This document shows, piece after piece, positions 49,913 to 63,607 of a stretch of 64,000 bases of DNA. Every line of letters starts with the position of its first letter. The first letter of the stretch is position 1. The notes beneath the pieces were generated by a model. The model was given only the letters and a program-made list of their open reading frames with translations. It did no database searches and had not been told where the DNA came from. Source of the DNA: Lingula anatina (Eukaryota > Animalia > Brachiopoda); the NCBI GenBank assembly GCA_051362555.1, contig CM120642.1:9734001-9798000 (forward strand), written 5' to 3'. The position numbers and the translations under genes are program-made.

Positions 49913-52900
49913 CTATATCTGCAGAACCAGGTTTCCCTTGGACCCCTGATTGCTGATGACATCTATGTGTGCTTGTGGCGCCTCCTTCAGGTCATATTTC
50001 CTGTGTACCACTGGTTTCAACCAGCCCTGTTCCATACCAGCATACATGAAGCTTCCCATCATTTCCCATTCATGCTGCAATGTAAATTTTTGATAAAAAT
50101 CAGTCTGACTCAGTCATACCCAAGTAATAGTACGACAAGCAATACACAACCCAATGAGTGCTGTTTACCTGTCACAAGTTAAGGCACAGACAGAAGAAAT
50201 CAATGCATTTATTAAATGTGTTATCAAGTAATTTAATTGTTTGAACCACAACCACATGGCTGTTTTGTACAATAAATAGATAAAGTGTCTGAAACTAAAA
50301 AATTTTTGATTTGATGCTTGGAACTAATGAACACCTATTAGGTTGATTTTTAATATTTTCAAACATTTAGAACAAAGGACAATCAGTGAGTGAATATATA
50401 CAAATTTTTAATCATCACACAATGAATAAAGCAGGCATTGGAAAATTTACCTAATTAATAAACAAAGTTATTTGTAACTGAATTATATTGCAGAAGAATG
50501 CTTAATGGGGAAAGCTAACATGAAAAATCAAGCTCTAAAATTACGGTATCAACATTAAAGAGTAAAAAAAAATTTTAATAAATAAGCATACCGGTTCAGT
50601 CACCATGAGCATGACTCCAATAACTGATGTTTCAACTGTCATCAGTTGACGAGGGTTGATCTCACAACTCCCACGATTACCTATAATCTAAAATACAGTA
50701 CTTGGGGGTAAATGTTTGAATTCAATTTATGAATACAATAAATGCGCACTCTTGTCTTTTATCTACACAATAATGAACATTCATTATCTGTCTTTTAATT
50801 TGAATCTCTGGTCGCATAAAAATAAAAAGATCATCAAGATGTGATGTTAGTAAAAAATATTATTACAAAAACAATGTGATGAAAAAAGTGATAGAATACA
50901 TAATGGTCCCCAAGAAAATGTACAACTTACACATTATACATGGATTTAGCTTATAAAATGTTCTATAAAAGTATAACAATTTGTCTACCAGAATGCGGCC
51001 ATGTTTCTTGCAAAGCATCGTGTCAGCAGGCAGGTTTACATTGGCCAGCATCTCCAATATAATATCAACTCCCTTACCATCTGTGGCCTCCTATAGGAAA
51101 ATACAGATTGAAACATAAATACAGACAAATAAGAACTTAAACATAGTGAAAACATGCCCATAGAAAAAGTGAGGATCAACCCATATGCCTCTTAGTTTTT
51201 TCTCATCCTTCTTCATTAAGCCTAAGAATACTTTTGTCATCTTAATTCCAATTTCCTGTGACAGGACACATCAAACATCACCTTTATTTTGTCCAGGTAC
51301 CCCTCTTCCTTGTGATTAAAAGCATGGTGGGCCCCATTCTCCTTGACAAGATGCAGGCCCTCTGCTGTGCTGGCAGTACCTATAACCTGCAGACCCAGGT
51401 TCTTAGCTATCTGACAAGCTGCCAAACCAACCTAAGAAAATAATATACAAAAAAAAAATAAAGTTTAATCTCATTTCTAGATCTGCAATTTCTGTAAATA
51501 CTTATATTCTAAATATATTTCATACTAGGAAAATAAATTGTGGCACTGAGAAACCTTCAAGCAATTAAAATATAATAAAATATTTTTGCTGACTAGAAGC
51601 CTCAGAGAGGATGAAGACACCAACTTGTAATGCTGAATAATTATATGCAAACTGCCAATGCCTGGGGTCAATAAACATGTATTTGCCAGAAAAAATTACT
51701 GATAATACTGATCCACACATTTGAGTATCTTAACATGATATTTAAAAAGGTATCTTTACTATCTAGATGATTTCTATAATATGGTATCTGTATTGTGATG
51801 TTTACAATGAAAACTTACTCCCCCACTTGCACCATGGACAAGCACAGTTTCTCCTGGTTTAGCACTGCCCCTAAAAATAGTGAGCGAAATTCCTCTTACT
51901 AGTACAAGGAAAATACATATTAACCAGGCCATTGCTGTGGGGCAAACAAACTGCCCTTTCTTCCTGGCAAAGGTCTATCTAGGTAAAAACTGATCTAGTT
52001 AGTAATACATGAAAGTTTCTCGGTAAAAGGTCCCATGTTCCAGATAAAGACCCCTACCCCCTTTGAAATTGCTGGCTATGGGCCTGTTACCAGTAGTTCC
52101 AAAGTTATGGCTAGTCATCAGTGAGTTTCAGAAAGATTCTATGAACTGCTGTTATCAGTATGCTTCTACCATTTCCAGTAATTGCCCAAACCCAGGGTGT
52201 AGTAACTTCCATCAGCATATGACAAGTTACCAAACTAAAGAAAATAACTGAACTGTACCTAATAACAAGGGCCCTATATGCAGTGAAGTAGGGGACTCCA
52301 ACACAAGCTCCCTGTGTAAACTCCAAGTTTTTATGGAGTTTAAAGGTTGTCCTGTCATCAGCCACTGCATACTCAGCATACCCACCAGAAGCTGTGCGAA
52401 CTGTGTACACGTGGTCTCCTTTCTAGAAAAATTTGTTGCAGAGGTTGGAGCTTTGAATATGAAATATTCATTTATTTACGAAAATATTAAAGTCTAAAAA
52501 CACTCCTCCCCCCCCCCCCCCATGCACACACACACATGCACACAGACAAATAAACTTTTTATCATTGTATATATTATACAATTTGTCAATTAATCTACAA
52601 TTTTTATCTACTTAAACAGATAATTAATCAACGTGCACTTCAAAATTCATGTAATCACGTTTTTTCCTGGTTGCAACAGATGGGTTGTTATTCATCATGA
52701 TATCATATAATACTGGTATCTGAACATTCCCAAACTCATTTCTTCATTAAATTGCAAAGCTGGAAACATGAACTTCTACTGTCTTTAACTCTAAAACTTA
52801 TGGAGTTAAACCAAACAGTGAAGTGAAGTCACAGCAATCACTTACTTTAAACTTAGTGACCTCTTCCCCTAATTCCTCCACTATTCCTGACACGTCCATG

Positions 52901-54134
52901 CCAGGGGTATAGGGCAATGGTGGCTTCACTGTGTGCATTCCTGTGCGGATATATGTGTCCACTGGGTTTATCCCTGCAGCTGCTACCTTGATCAAAACCT
53001 GGAGAGATGTACTTAGATGAATATATATTAAGTTTTGAATAAACTCAATGTAACTTATTTCATTAACATTTTCAGTCTGTCAGTTAAGTGTGTATGTGTG
53101 TGTGTGCGTGTGCGTGTGTGCGTGCTTTAATCATACTTTCTACACCAGACCGAGCTGGTGAAAATGTACAGAGATAGATAGTAATAGTTATACGTAATAC
53201 AAAAAAAAACTTTAACACGTACAGATAAATAGCACCAAAATCACATATATAGACATGCATGCATTGCTATATACACATACACATCCAGTATTTCAAAATC
53301 ATAAACTAGGTGCAATCTTTATGAAGAATCAACTGTTCACAGCATCGATTGCATGCCAGCATCATACTATAAGTATTGTACATGACATAAGATATAGAAA
53401 TTAATTATGCACGACCCTGTTTTCTACTATGTGAAATACAGTAATTATTTATAGCCACAGACATCACTAAGTGGAAGATGCAGTACAGTTTCTTTTCTCA
53501 AAAGCAAAGTTAAGGAATTTGGCCAAAGATATTATCACTGTTTTGTTTGGGTTGGTCATTATCATTATATGGTTTGCCCTCAACATAGTGACCTGTTTCA
53601 GTATTCAAATTGTGGCTGCTAATTTCTAAATTTGGTTAGGGTTAAATGTTTTCCTTTACCTTGAATTATATCAAGGTATTTTTCTTTCTCAAAAATAAGT
53701 TTAAAAGTTTTACATGTTCTAAACTTGAGATTTTCTTGTTATACCTTCTGCTATGCCATAGTTGTATACTACTGTCTGTAAGTCTAACACTAAAATCTTT
53801 GTGAAGTTTTTAAGAGCATGCTTTTTATGCATTCAAAGTCTTTTTTGGTGGTTTCGTTTAATCAAATTAAGTGTCTCATATTAAGGATTTTCTCAAACAG
53901 CCAACTGTAAAAGAGTACATTTCAATGCACGGATTTCTACATGGCAACTCACTTCTTTAATTTTTTTTCCCATTTTTCATACTCCATGTGAATGACCTAA
54001 TTAATTACTAACCACCTGACTATTATTCTCACCTGACATTTCCCAGGTTTTGGAATGGGGACATCTTTAGCCAGCACCAACACCTCAGGTCCACCAAACT
54101 CACTCACTCGGATAGCTCGCATCACCTGGGCCAT
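49913..54134 (-). CDS. CRYZ: Quinone oxidoreductase / zeta-crystallin (MDR family), paralog A, ~326 aa
   Basis: Exons 54134-54033, 52998-52846, 52422-52259, 51870-51819, 51431-51282, 51090-50989, 50687-50592 and 50074-49913, all GT-AG and phase-consistent. Motifs [73 protein letters not shown]. An in-frame upstream ATG lies at 54158. Confidence 0.93.
51925..52086. mobile_element. Degenerate copy of the CAGGCC MITE family in a CRYZ A intron
   Basis: Ends TTTGAAATTGCTGGCTATGGGCCTG; flanks TTAAC / TTACC. Confidence 0.6.
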
Positions 54135-55085
54135 CAAACCACGAGTTAAGAATGGCATCTACAGCGTATCTTCCCCGGAAAGAAAACAAAAACCAAGAAT
54201 ATGCATATATATTAATCAGAGGATATTGGTTGAGCACCCTGAATGTTTAGGATGTTTCAACTAAGTGATACTACACACAGCTACAGTACCTTTAACGGCA
54301 CTTGGACCTATTTTATCAGCAGGTTGTTTCCAGTTACAGAGAGACTTATGAAGTGGGGGTTACATGTAGCATTCAAGTAACCTTAAACATTTTAACGTCC
54401 AAGCTACATGTGAAATTCATATTTGATGGATTCTGTTATCTACATGTATAGCTAGCTTACATATAGTATGACAATGCAGAATACATAACAGCCAGAGCAT
54501 TGTCAATCTATCTGGAGTATCTAGATTATTAATGTTGACTGAGACCTCGACTATTCGCACAAGTGACTGCGCAGTGCGCGGTCCACGATATAGCAGATAT
54601 TACACTGCACCGACACATGTATAATATCGGTCGGTATACCATGACAGAATGAAACTTGATATTTCCCTAAATTAGGGCTTAATACTAAGTGTTGTCATGT
54701 TGTGTCTTGGTATACTTTTAGCTTTCTAGCTGAAACTAGTCAGGTGTCTTCTGACCAGCTTTAATTACCGGTAGCTAGAAAGCTAAAAGCTACGACTGGC
54801 CTGGTACTCACCTCAATCTTGCACACGTTTACAAAGTCGACCTAATTTTGTAAGTAGGTCAGCTGTTAGTTACCAAAGGTCATTTCATGTCAAGGCAATT
54901 TACTTACTATACAGTAGTTTGTTAGGAATAGAAGTCGTCCCGTTTCCAGAGTCATGCCTTGCTTGTGCTATACGTAAAAAAAGCAGCACAACAGAATACA
55001 AAAGCCTTTGAACAATCTCAACGGTGGCTAAACGGTGTCTCAACGTTATCTTTTACAACTGCAGTAGAATCTACGTCTGTATACT

Positions 55086-56206
55086 GGGGTCCGCCATATA
55101 GATAAACGTCACAATAAAATATTCGCCCCGATAGATACGTCTGTATACATACACGTCTCAATAGATTGACGTCTCGTTAAATTTACGTTCCGATAGATCC
55201 ACCAACAGATTCCTATAAACCCACGTATCTTTAGATCCAGGTACCGCTAGATCCATCTATCTGACATCGTAATCGGCTAAAAGGCCCATATCAACTTGCG
55301 TTGTGAAATTTAGAACACATTTTTATGTTCTTTTTTGTTTTGTTTTGTTTAGAACACATTTACATGTAAATTCAGAACACTTTTTACGTGTTCGAATGTT
55401 GCATTTTGAGAACGCTTTAAACAGTGTTCTGACGCTAGAACAGTAATTAAAGTGATAATAACTCTTCGTTTCGGCCAAAAAATGAATTTTCCTGGAGTAA
55501 ACAACAATTTTCCCATACTTACCAATGGTTAATGACTCCATTTTTACATTCAAAGTTAGTCCCTGGTTTTTTTCTAAAAAGTTTGGTTTTTTGTTAAAAT
55601 CTCTTAAGAGATTTTAACAGAGTATAGCCATCAATGGAGGTCACGTGGTCTAAAGACAAGCTCAGATATCAGAATAATAGCTATAACAGCCGTTTTTGTG
55701 GGAAAACAGAATATATTATATTTTCATGAGTCATTCACAATGTTTTTATTGTGAAATACTGATTTCATACGAAGAGTTATTATCCCTTTAAGCGTTGTGA
55801 AATATAGAACACACTTTTGTTCTTTTTATGTTCTTTCACTGAGTATTGTGTGAAAACGATCTAGTAGAATAATATATTGCTGACTGCGTACTGCCGTTTT
55901 AAAGAAGTGCATTTTATGTACTGAGTAGTATACCAACCATTTCGAGCAATAGTGTACCTGTAATGGATCTATCGGTATTTGGATCTAAAAATACGTGGAT
56001 CTATAGGTATGCGGATTTAAAGGACGTGGGTTTATGAGGACGTCATATCTATAGGAACGCAAATATATAGGACAGCAGAAAAAAATCGGATCTATCGGTA
56101 TTTAAATCTAAAAAGACGTTTTTTCCGTTTTTCCTTTATGTATCTATCGGTAACGGGAGTATAGGGACGTGTAATATTTTGGGACTAAATTTTATCCGTA
56201 CGTACC
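55086..56206. mobile_element. MULE-like foldback element
   Basis: Perfect 9-bp TSD CTGTATACT (55077-55085 and 56207-56215), GG...CC ends and long degenerate inverted arms rich in GATAGAT/ACGT motifs (e.g. 55222 versus 55963). Confidence 0.75.
55451..55787. mobile_element. Kolobok-like MITE nested in the MULE-like element
   Basis: TTAA on both sides. TIR AGTGATAATAACTCTTCGT / ACGAAGAGTTATTATCCCT (1 mismatch). Confidence 0.7.
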
Positions 56207-57534
56207 CTGTATACTAAACCAGCAGGCGGTCCCCAGCAGGGGTGACTGTATTCACGTAAGGTGCATGTTCATGCACTAGTACATGTAGTTTGATTCCCAG
56301 CTCTCTGACCTCCATGACAACATGAAAGACCCCTATTCCTTTTTCCGAGGAAAATTAGATTTGCTGGATTTTTGGGGGAAAATACACATATATATATACT
56401 AGCTTTCAAATAAAAAGTAGACAAAAACTTTAATTATAAGAGATTTTTGTTAGATTTAGAGACAGCAACATTCAACTTTGGCATATAGTAATTATATAAA
56501 ATTTGATAAAAATTCAGGTACCAGAAGATAGTTTCAAGAAAATGCCCAAAATTGGCAAATATATATAACAGTTTCCCTACCATTTCTTTTAACTTAAATA
56601 TTTATCTTGATATAAGTACAAAGCATTTAAACAGTTACACTCACACTTTAACAGCAAAAAAACCCATTCCTTTTTCGTTATTTTATTCACCACATCACTT
56701 GCTTCTTACTTAATTTTAAGCCAGTGCCCCGTATTATAGCTGCTATGTATCATAGGCATTAATAGTGTTAATTGATGGCAGTGGACCCATAGCAGATAAT
56801 GACATTTTACCTACTATCAGCAGATTTCTGACTTTTTGGGAGCCACAATCGGACATCCCCAATTAGTTTAGTGTTTTCATGCATAAAACATTTTTGATTA
56901 TTTTAGCAGAGTCCCTGTACGTAATGTGTATAGAGCTGCATCTGGCAATCAATGTGAAATTGTGTTAGAGAAGATTTCACAATTTTATTTCATTCAAATT
57001 TTGCTCATGCTTTTTGGGTTTTGTATACACTTTAACCCAGCAATGCACTGATCCTGATCATAAAGATACAGTGTGTAATATCTATGACTGTTTAAATATA
57101 AGCTTCTAAAATCTGTCATCAATTTCAGTTTTAACTATTTATTCACTTCTTCCGGTACGTGTATTACATTTAACTTCATTTGGGCTATATAAGTCCCAAG
57201 AAATAATTGTGATAGACTACATGTATGACCAATAATTGTTCTATCATGGTTAAACCAACTCATTTTTGTCATCCTATTGAATAAAAGATGATGACAAATA
57301 TCAAAGCAAAGTTTGTTTTATCATCTTAAAGCCATTAATATAAGCTGTATGGTTATGGATTAAGGCAAACACATAACAGTATTCTAAAATCTATCTTATC
57401 AATGTGCCATAATAGGCCTGTAGTTGCCAATTTCAATACAAGGTAAGAGACTGACCCTTTTAACCCTTGCATGACCCAAATTTCAATTCAGATTGGACCT
57501 TTTCTGGCCAAAAGGGGGCTTTGTCAATGAGTGC

Positions 57535-57750
57535 TTTCCCAGAGATTTAGATCGATCTAAAGATTAAGTTTTAGATCAACCTAACTCCCTGGGGGTTCAC
57601 GCTAAATTGCAGTCAGCCAAGCGGGCACCATAGTTAATTACCCCCTTACAGCTTTTAGTAGGCGGGACAGACGCTTAAGCCGGCCAAGCTGACAGTAATC
57701 TAGTGAGACTCCCCACAGGGATAGATCGATCTAAAAATCTATGGAAATGG
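57535..57750 (+). mobile_element. Palindromic MITE (AGATTTAGATCGATC family)
   Basis: Shares AACTCCCTGGGGGTTCACGCTAAATTGC and TAGTAGGCGGGACAGAC with the 36570 copy. Confidence 0.7.
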
Positions 57751-58728
57751 GGTGAATGACATCCCCCTCCCCACTCCACGGGTCTGCACCCATCAGCATT
57801 GAAAAAAAGAACAAAGATCTTAAACTGTCTTTTTTTCAGCAGTTAGTTTCAATTTGGACATGCATTTGAATGCAAAAACACATCAGCAATTCCTTGGCCT
57901 GCTTGTTGAAACTTGCTGCAGATTTGGAGAAAATTTATCCCTCTTGCATGCATTACCATCCTGTTGGCTTTCTGAAGGATTTATTTAAAATTCTTGACAA
58001 TGAGTAAAATTAAGGCACCATCTAGTGTCAAGCAGAAGTCGATAAATCCATCTGCCAGCCATACGTGGTGATCATACAACTGTCAAGTATGTCCAAGAGA
58101 AGTCAGTGTCTAATGTAGGATGGAAACATGTGGGACAGACTGTCATCAAGAAGGACAGAAAGCTGTAAATGCCGGCGACAAGCAGAAATGACAGCAACAC
58201 AAGACTGTTGAACAGGGCCCCATAACTGAACATGGCCACCTGTATCTTGACACTGATAGCACTGCATCTTGTAGCACTGAATGTATGCTACATCTAAAGA
58301 CCCCATTTTACCTGAAACAGATAAAGATGAAATGAAGGTTAAAATACATTCCACACAGCTTCTGATCATGCATTATGTCAATGTGAACCATACCAAGGCC
58401 TGGAATTTTACAGGTAATGCAAACATTCTTGACCAAACAACCATTTCAGTTTTTCCTTTTAATGCGTGAAATGTGTGCCATTATGAATGATTTTAAGTTA
58501 ACTTTTGGGATATAAAAAAGGGTTACCAAACTTACAGGCAGCTAAAATGTTTAAGACTACAATCCTATAGCCTCCAAGCTTTCAAATTCACCCAGCGTTT
58601 ATTTATTAAATTACAGTAAAATTCAATAGCCAATTTTCCCATTTATCTGTATGTAAATACCCACTTCCTCCTGGGACATATTTAAAGTAAGTGGCATATA
58701 TTTATGTATTCTTTATAAAAGACCATCT

Positions 58729-58891
58729 GGGGTAGATCCAGAGATATTTTCTGACAAGCTTCCTTATCTTTGTTGATCCATTTGCCATTTTTTGTAAGTC
58801 TTCCGAGAGAAAAAATTAGATACCGTCAAAATAAACTTGAAAATCTGATCATCTTCTGGAAGACGCAGAAGACGTCCTAAAACAGCCACTG
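58729..58891 (-). mobile_element. MITE family CAGGGGCGGAT copy (inverted) just 3' of CRYZ B
   Basis: Reverse complement of the family core (TTATCTTTGTTGATCCAT; GATCCAGAGATATTTTCTGACA). Confidence 0.65.
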
Positions 58892-59024
58892 ATTATGGTA
58901 TCAATCTATATATATGTACAAAAAGTTTAATCTTAAAACACTACAAACAAAACATATAGCACTGACCTCATTCTTTTAGGCATGAAGTAAAAAAATCCGT
59001 ACCATATTTTGAATGACACCAGTA

Positions 59025-62000
59025 CTATATCTGCAGAACAAGGTTTCCCTTGGACCCCTGATTGCTGATGATATCTGCATGTGCCTGTGGTGCATCCTTC
59101 AGGTCATATTTCCTGTGTACAACTGGTTTCAACCAGCCCTGTTCCATGCCAGCATACATGAAGCTTCCCATCATTTCCCATTCATGCTGGAGTGTAAATT
59201 TCAACCATAAAAAGAAAATTCTCCTTCTTCACGAGGAAAACAAAAAAAGACAATTGTACTAGACTAACAGAAAAGACAATCTAGGCATATCAGATATTTT
59301 TATGATTTTTACTGAAGTCAGTTGATTATACATGTACAACAAACAATTAAGTTGAGGTGCACTGAATGCTTTTTAATACTTACAGATTTTATAGTACATG
59401 ATGTTTTTTTTTTTTTTTTTTTTTTTTTTGCAGGGGGGGAGGGGGGAACTTAAACAGATTGTTTCAGATTATGCACAATGCTGCATACTGTTTACATATC
59501 TACCATAACCGTTATAAACATTGGATGTGCCATACTTATCATTGCTACACAACAGAATATGCCAGTTTTACAAAATTAGTCAAAAGAGCTTGCCTTAAAA
59601 ACTTTCCAGATATTTTTAGTGAAGTGCTACTCACTTTCAAACAAAATTAAGAAAATTTAAACTTCACACAAGGGGAAAATTCAGCAAAAAATTTGATCAA
59701 GGTAATACATTTTTTATAAACTGAATTATGTAAAAAAAAAAAAAAAACTTAATGGGTGTAAATTATTTACCTGTTCCGAAATTTGTTTATTAATGGTATC
59801 AATGTGATAGAGTATAACAAAGTAACTTGCAAGTAAATATAAGCATACCCCTTCAGTCATCATAAGCTTGACTCCAATAACAGAAGTTTCATTTGTCATC
59901 AGTTTGCTAAAGTTGAACTCACAGTCCCCACGATTACCTATAACCTAAGACACAAAATTTTGAGGTTAATTGTTGAAATTCCATTATGACCACATTTTTG
60001 ACACTAATCTATACAAGTAAAATCAATCAAGAATGAAAATTTAATAAATGTTTATTCAAATTTGATTTTAGGAATTTAAAAAATAAAATAATCATCAAGC
60101 ATAGTTAACAGAAAATACACAGTATGAATTTAAATACAGCATGAGGAAAAATTGTACATAATGGCCTCCTTGAACTTTTTATTAGTTTAAAGAATCTTGA
60201 ATGTTATAATATTGAAAAAAAATTATACCATAATTCGACAATGTTTCTTGCAAAGCATTACATCAGCAGGCAGGTTTACATTGGCCATCATCTCCAATAT
60301 AATATCAACTCCCTTACCCTCTGTGGCCTCCTATTAGAAAATACAGATGAAAATATTGACAAAGACATCACCTATCAAAACACATATAAGAAAAATCATG
60401 CAAAATGAAAATGAAGGTATCAGTAATTTTTGTATTTTATATAGGTACGTAAGTCTCTTTCTCTTTTACCCTTCTCCATAATGTTGATGCAATCTGGAGT
60501 GAAATTCCTATCCCCTGTGACAGAACACATTAAAAATCACCTTTATTTTCTCCTGATGCCCCTCTTCCTTGTGATTGAAAACATGGTGGGCCCCATTCTC
60601 CTTGACAAAATGCAGGCCCTCTGCTGTGCTGGCAGTGCCTATAACCTGCAGACCCAGGTTCTTAGCTATCTGACAAGCTGCCAAACCAACCTAAGAAAAT
60701 ATACACACAAAGTTCTGAATATACTACCCATAGAGCGCATTCTCAACGAATTAAGCCAGGCTTTACAAAGCCGGTGACCTAAAAATGGCGGACGTACATG
60801 AAAGAAAAACCGCCTAATCTTTTAATAGTCTCTCCGCCTCTCACACGCCTCCCCACACGTCGTCCCTGCGGGGTACAGTAATTAAATCTCGGCTCCGAAC
60901 ATTAATATTTCCGTGAATATCTCTGTTGATATTATCTCCGTAGATAGTCGATTCATTGCTGCTCTACGGGCCAAATTATTCCTTTTTCGTCTCTGTTTTC
61001 AAAGATAATAGAACAGAAGAGCTTTTTTCCTTCGATCGCCTTCAGCCGCCATGGTTTCTTCACCACGAGTATAACTGATGAGCATGCGCACTTAATATTT
61101 CTCAGGTAGCTTCCGCATGGCGAACGGAGCCGAGATTTAATTACTGTACCCCGCAGGGACGACGTGTGGGGAGGCGGAGAGACTATTAAAAGATTAGGCG
61201 GTTTTTCTTTCATGTACGTCCACCATTTTTAGGTCACCGGCTTTGTAAAGCCTGGCTTAACTCGTTGAGAATGCGCTCATAGACTAACATTGTCTGTCAA
61301 TATCTGATTAAGATGATTTTCAACTACTGTTCATTATACATATTATCTCAAATGGATGGCCATAGTACAATGTTCAAATAAAATGTGAAGTATTTAAGAG
61401 TCATTGACAATCAAAAAGCAAGTTTGTTAGATTAATGACTATACAACCTTCATGACAGAATAAAGAATATAAATTACAAGTATAATATATGTAAATCAGT
61501 AAGAAAAGCTGAAAATTAGCGTTTAGGATAAATTACCACTTTCTAAAAAAAAGATTTCACCTATTACTATTGGTAAACTAAGGTTGTAAAATATGAGGTA
61601 TCAAAATTGTGATATCTTAAAGAAAATATTGCTGTGTTGTGATCTAATTTAATGTGATATCTATCATGTGTTAATTACCTACATGTATCATGTGATATTG
61701 CTATAATGTAGTTATTATAATAAAAAATCAATAATGCATAGCATGGTAATATGTTCTTGATGATATTGACAACCCATACTTACGCCACCACTTGCACCAT
61801 GCACAAGAACTGTTTTTCCTGGACTGGCACCACCCCTAAAAAAATTTGAAGTGAGAAAACTTTGCAATAAAATTCTTATAACTAAATTCCAAAAATTACA
61901 CATAAAAAATCAAAAATGGAGGTAGCCAACATAAAGGGGTTCCTTTCTGTAAGAGCGTGTATGCTGCGTAAAAATTTCTTGCATTAGCACACATATATAG

Positions 62001-63335
62001 GTAAAATATTGAGGCACTAATTGTCCACATAAGTAAAATGAGTCAGGTGGAAAGAAGATAATATCATGGAATTATACAATGATGTGCTCATTGACCATAG
62101 TGACATACATACATATTACATAACTGCAGAGTTCATTTATCTGTCAGGTAACTGAAGGAAATAAACTTACCCAATAACAAGAGCCCTATAGGCAGTGAAG
62201 TAAGGGACTCCAACACAAGCTCCTTGGGTGAATTCCAAGTTATCATGGAGTGTAAATGTTGTTTTTTCATCGGCCACTGCATACTCAGCATACCCACCAG
62301 AGGTTGTGCAAACTGTGTACACATGGTCTCCTTTCTGTAAGAGGTGGAATATGAACTTTTTCATATTACCAGGAGCCTCTTTCACAAAAGAGATTATTTA
62401 CCTAAAGATGAATATATGAATATATGAAAGAATTTGTTTTTTCAGGATGTTTTTTATCACTTATTGAATGAGTTCCATTATACAACATTTAATTTCAATC
62501 TGCAAATCAATTCCCTTACTTTAAATTTAGTGACCTCTTCTCCTAATTCCTCCACTATTCCTGACACGTCCAAGCCAGGAGTATAGGGCAATGCTGCCTT
62601 TACAGGTTGATTTCCTGTTCGGATATAAGTGTCGACTGGATTTATCCCCGCAGCTGCTACCTTAATCAAAACCTGAAGAAAGCCATAAAGGATGTAATTA
62701 GATGAACAGCAAAGGACAAAAAAATTGTAAACACTAGTACATCTAGCTATAATATAACAGAATTTACACCTAAAGTTTCTGAGCCACATCTTGCTGAATT
62801 TATCCACCATCAGCAGCCCAATGTCTTCCGCAAATATGTCAGTGGAAAGCATGGAAAAGTTAGGCGAGTTAACACAAAAGTAGACAATTTTGATAACTTT
62901 TCACAAATAAAAAAGAGAGATTGAAAGTGGGAGCATGCTTTTACTCTTTTTTTTTTTTTTTTTGGGGGGGGGGTATTTTAAGCAAACCACCTACAAATTG
63001 TTTTATAACAGAATAGAATAAAGAGCACTTCCTCAAATTGCAAAAAAAGTAATCAAAATTGCTTGTAATAAAAAATTTTTGAAGTAAATCTTTTTCTGTG
63101 TACATATATACAGTCCATTGATTGCCTGTGTCATTATGTTTGTACATGTATAAGCTCCATACATACTAATACTAGTTTTATAGTTTTCTAATTAAGTCAG
63201 TGGCCCAACTGACCAACTGACCATTATTCTCACCTGACATTTCCCAGGTTTTGGAATGGGGACATCTTTAGCCAGCACCAACACCTCAGGTCCACCAAAC
63301 TCACTCACTCGAATAGCACGCATCACCTGGGCCAT
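59025..63335 (-). CDS. CRYZ: Quinone oxidoreductase / zeta-crystallin, paralog B, ~326 aa
   Basis: Exons 63335-63234, 62672-62520, 62334-62171, 61835-61784, 60690-60541, 60330-60229, 59944-59849 and 59186-59025. Exon sizes are identical to paralog A and no frameshift or internal stop was seen. An in-frame upstream ATG lies at 63359. Confidence 0.92.
60733..61278. mobile_element. Young MITE with ~155-bp near-perfect TIRs in a CRYZ paralog B intron
   Basis: GAGCGCATTCTCAACG...CGTTGAGAATGCGCTC; arms about 60733-60897 and 61125-61278; ATA on both flanks; CpG-rich. Confidence 0.88.
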
Positions 63336-63607
63336 CAAACCACGGGACAGATATGGCATTCAGGAAATATCATCATTTGAAAGTAAAACCAAAGGAAAAA
63401 ACTCATAGGCTGTAACCTGAACAATGAATGATCTAAACTGGCAACATCTTAAGCTTCAGTAAGAATTTTAAGTTTCTCATTTTTAGAGATCAGTGGAAAT
63501 TCCTCTCTTTTAATTAGTAACAGTAGTACATGTATGAAAATCAGAATACAAATAGAGATATATATTACATAACTATCTGCCTACATATGTGAACCTCGAC
63601 TGAGACA

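Noticed and set aside
49910-50182. Plus-strand ORFs conserved at 49910/59013 and 51258/60481
   Set aside because: They are antisense shadows of duplicated CRYZ exons.
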